This document shows positions 63,968 to 64,000 of a stretch of DNA of 64,000 nucleotides, in pieces; the first letter of the stretch is position 1, and each line of letters begins with the position of its first letter. Source of the DNA: a phage. Made by a program: the position numbers and the translations under genes. The notes beneath the pieces are model-generated. The model was not told the origin of the DNA. It did no database searches and saw only the letters and a program-made list of their open reading frames with translations. The stretch lies in the sequence record NC_111505.1. One strand, written 5' to 3'.

Positions 63968-64000
63968 ACCTGCCCTGTCTTTAGCAATCCAATTGCCAAA

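Noticed and set aside
1-64000. Lysogeny module (integrase, CI-like repressor, att site)
   Set aside because: No tyrosine/serine recombinase motifs or obvious HTH repressor recognised; the content looks like a virulent-phage replication and early region, though small HTH proteins cannot be excluded without HMM searches

Overview
This 64-kb window reads as one contiguous segment of a tailed dsDNA bacteriophage genome. I found no rRNA, tRNA or CRISPR array. Layout: (i) 1-15,011: + strand array of about 50 short, tightly packed genes with Shine-Dalgarno sites (PhoH-like, T5orf172-like, ClpP-like protease, N6-adenine MTase, an HPF/RaiA-like gene with an in-frame stop, and a large family of small acidic paralogs), punctuated by sigma70-type promoters and intrinsic terminators. 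(ii) 15,012-17,549: ORF-poor, repeat-dense region between convergent transcription units. (iii) 17,550-27,530: - strand block of small early-type genes, typically promoter, 5' hairpin, SD, gene; a 45-bp promoter/hairpin cassette occurs 3 times. (iv) 27,560-28,500: ORF-free island with tandem + strand promoters, two copies of a ~70-nt structured element and AT-rich iterons (origin-like). (v) 28,519-54,864: - strand accessory and replication module: AP2-domain endonuclease-like protein, TARG1-like macrodomain, SSB, a family-A DNA polymerase interrupted by both an intein and an ORF-less group I intron, T7 gp4-like primase-helicase, C5-MTase-like protein, Dda/RecD-like helicase, rIIB/rIIA-like pair, SleB-like hydrolase, MoxR/CobS-like AAA+ ATPase. 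(vi) 54,900-61,760: + strand island (HNH-like protein, metallopeptidase-vWA protein, small genes, HAD-like phosphatase) ending at a bidirectional terminator. (vii) 61,772-63,967: large - strand Ig-like domain protein. The supplied ORF track shows GTG/TTG starts as M; I moved many starts to the nearest in-frame ATG with an SD. All functional calls come from motif recognition by eye, not from database searches, and coordinates of short elements are approximate to a few bases.
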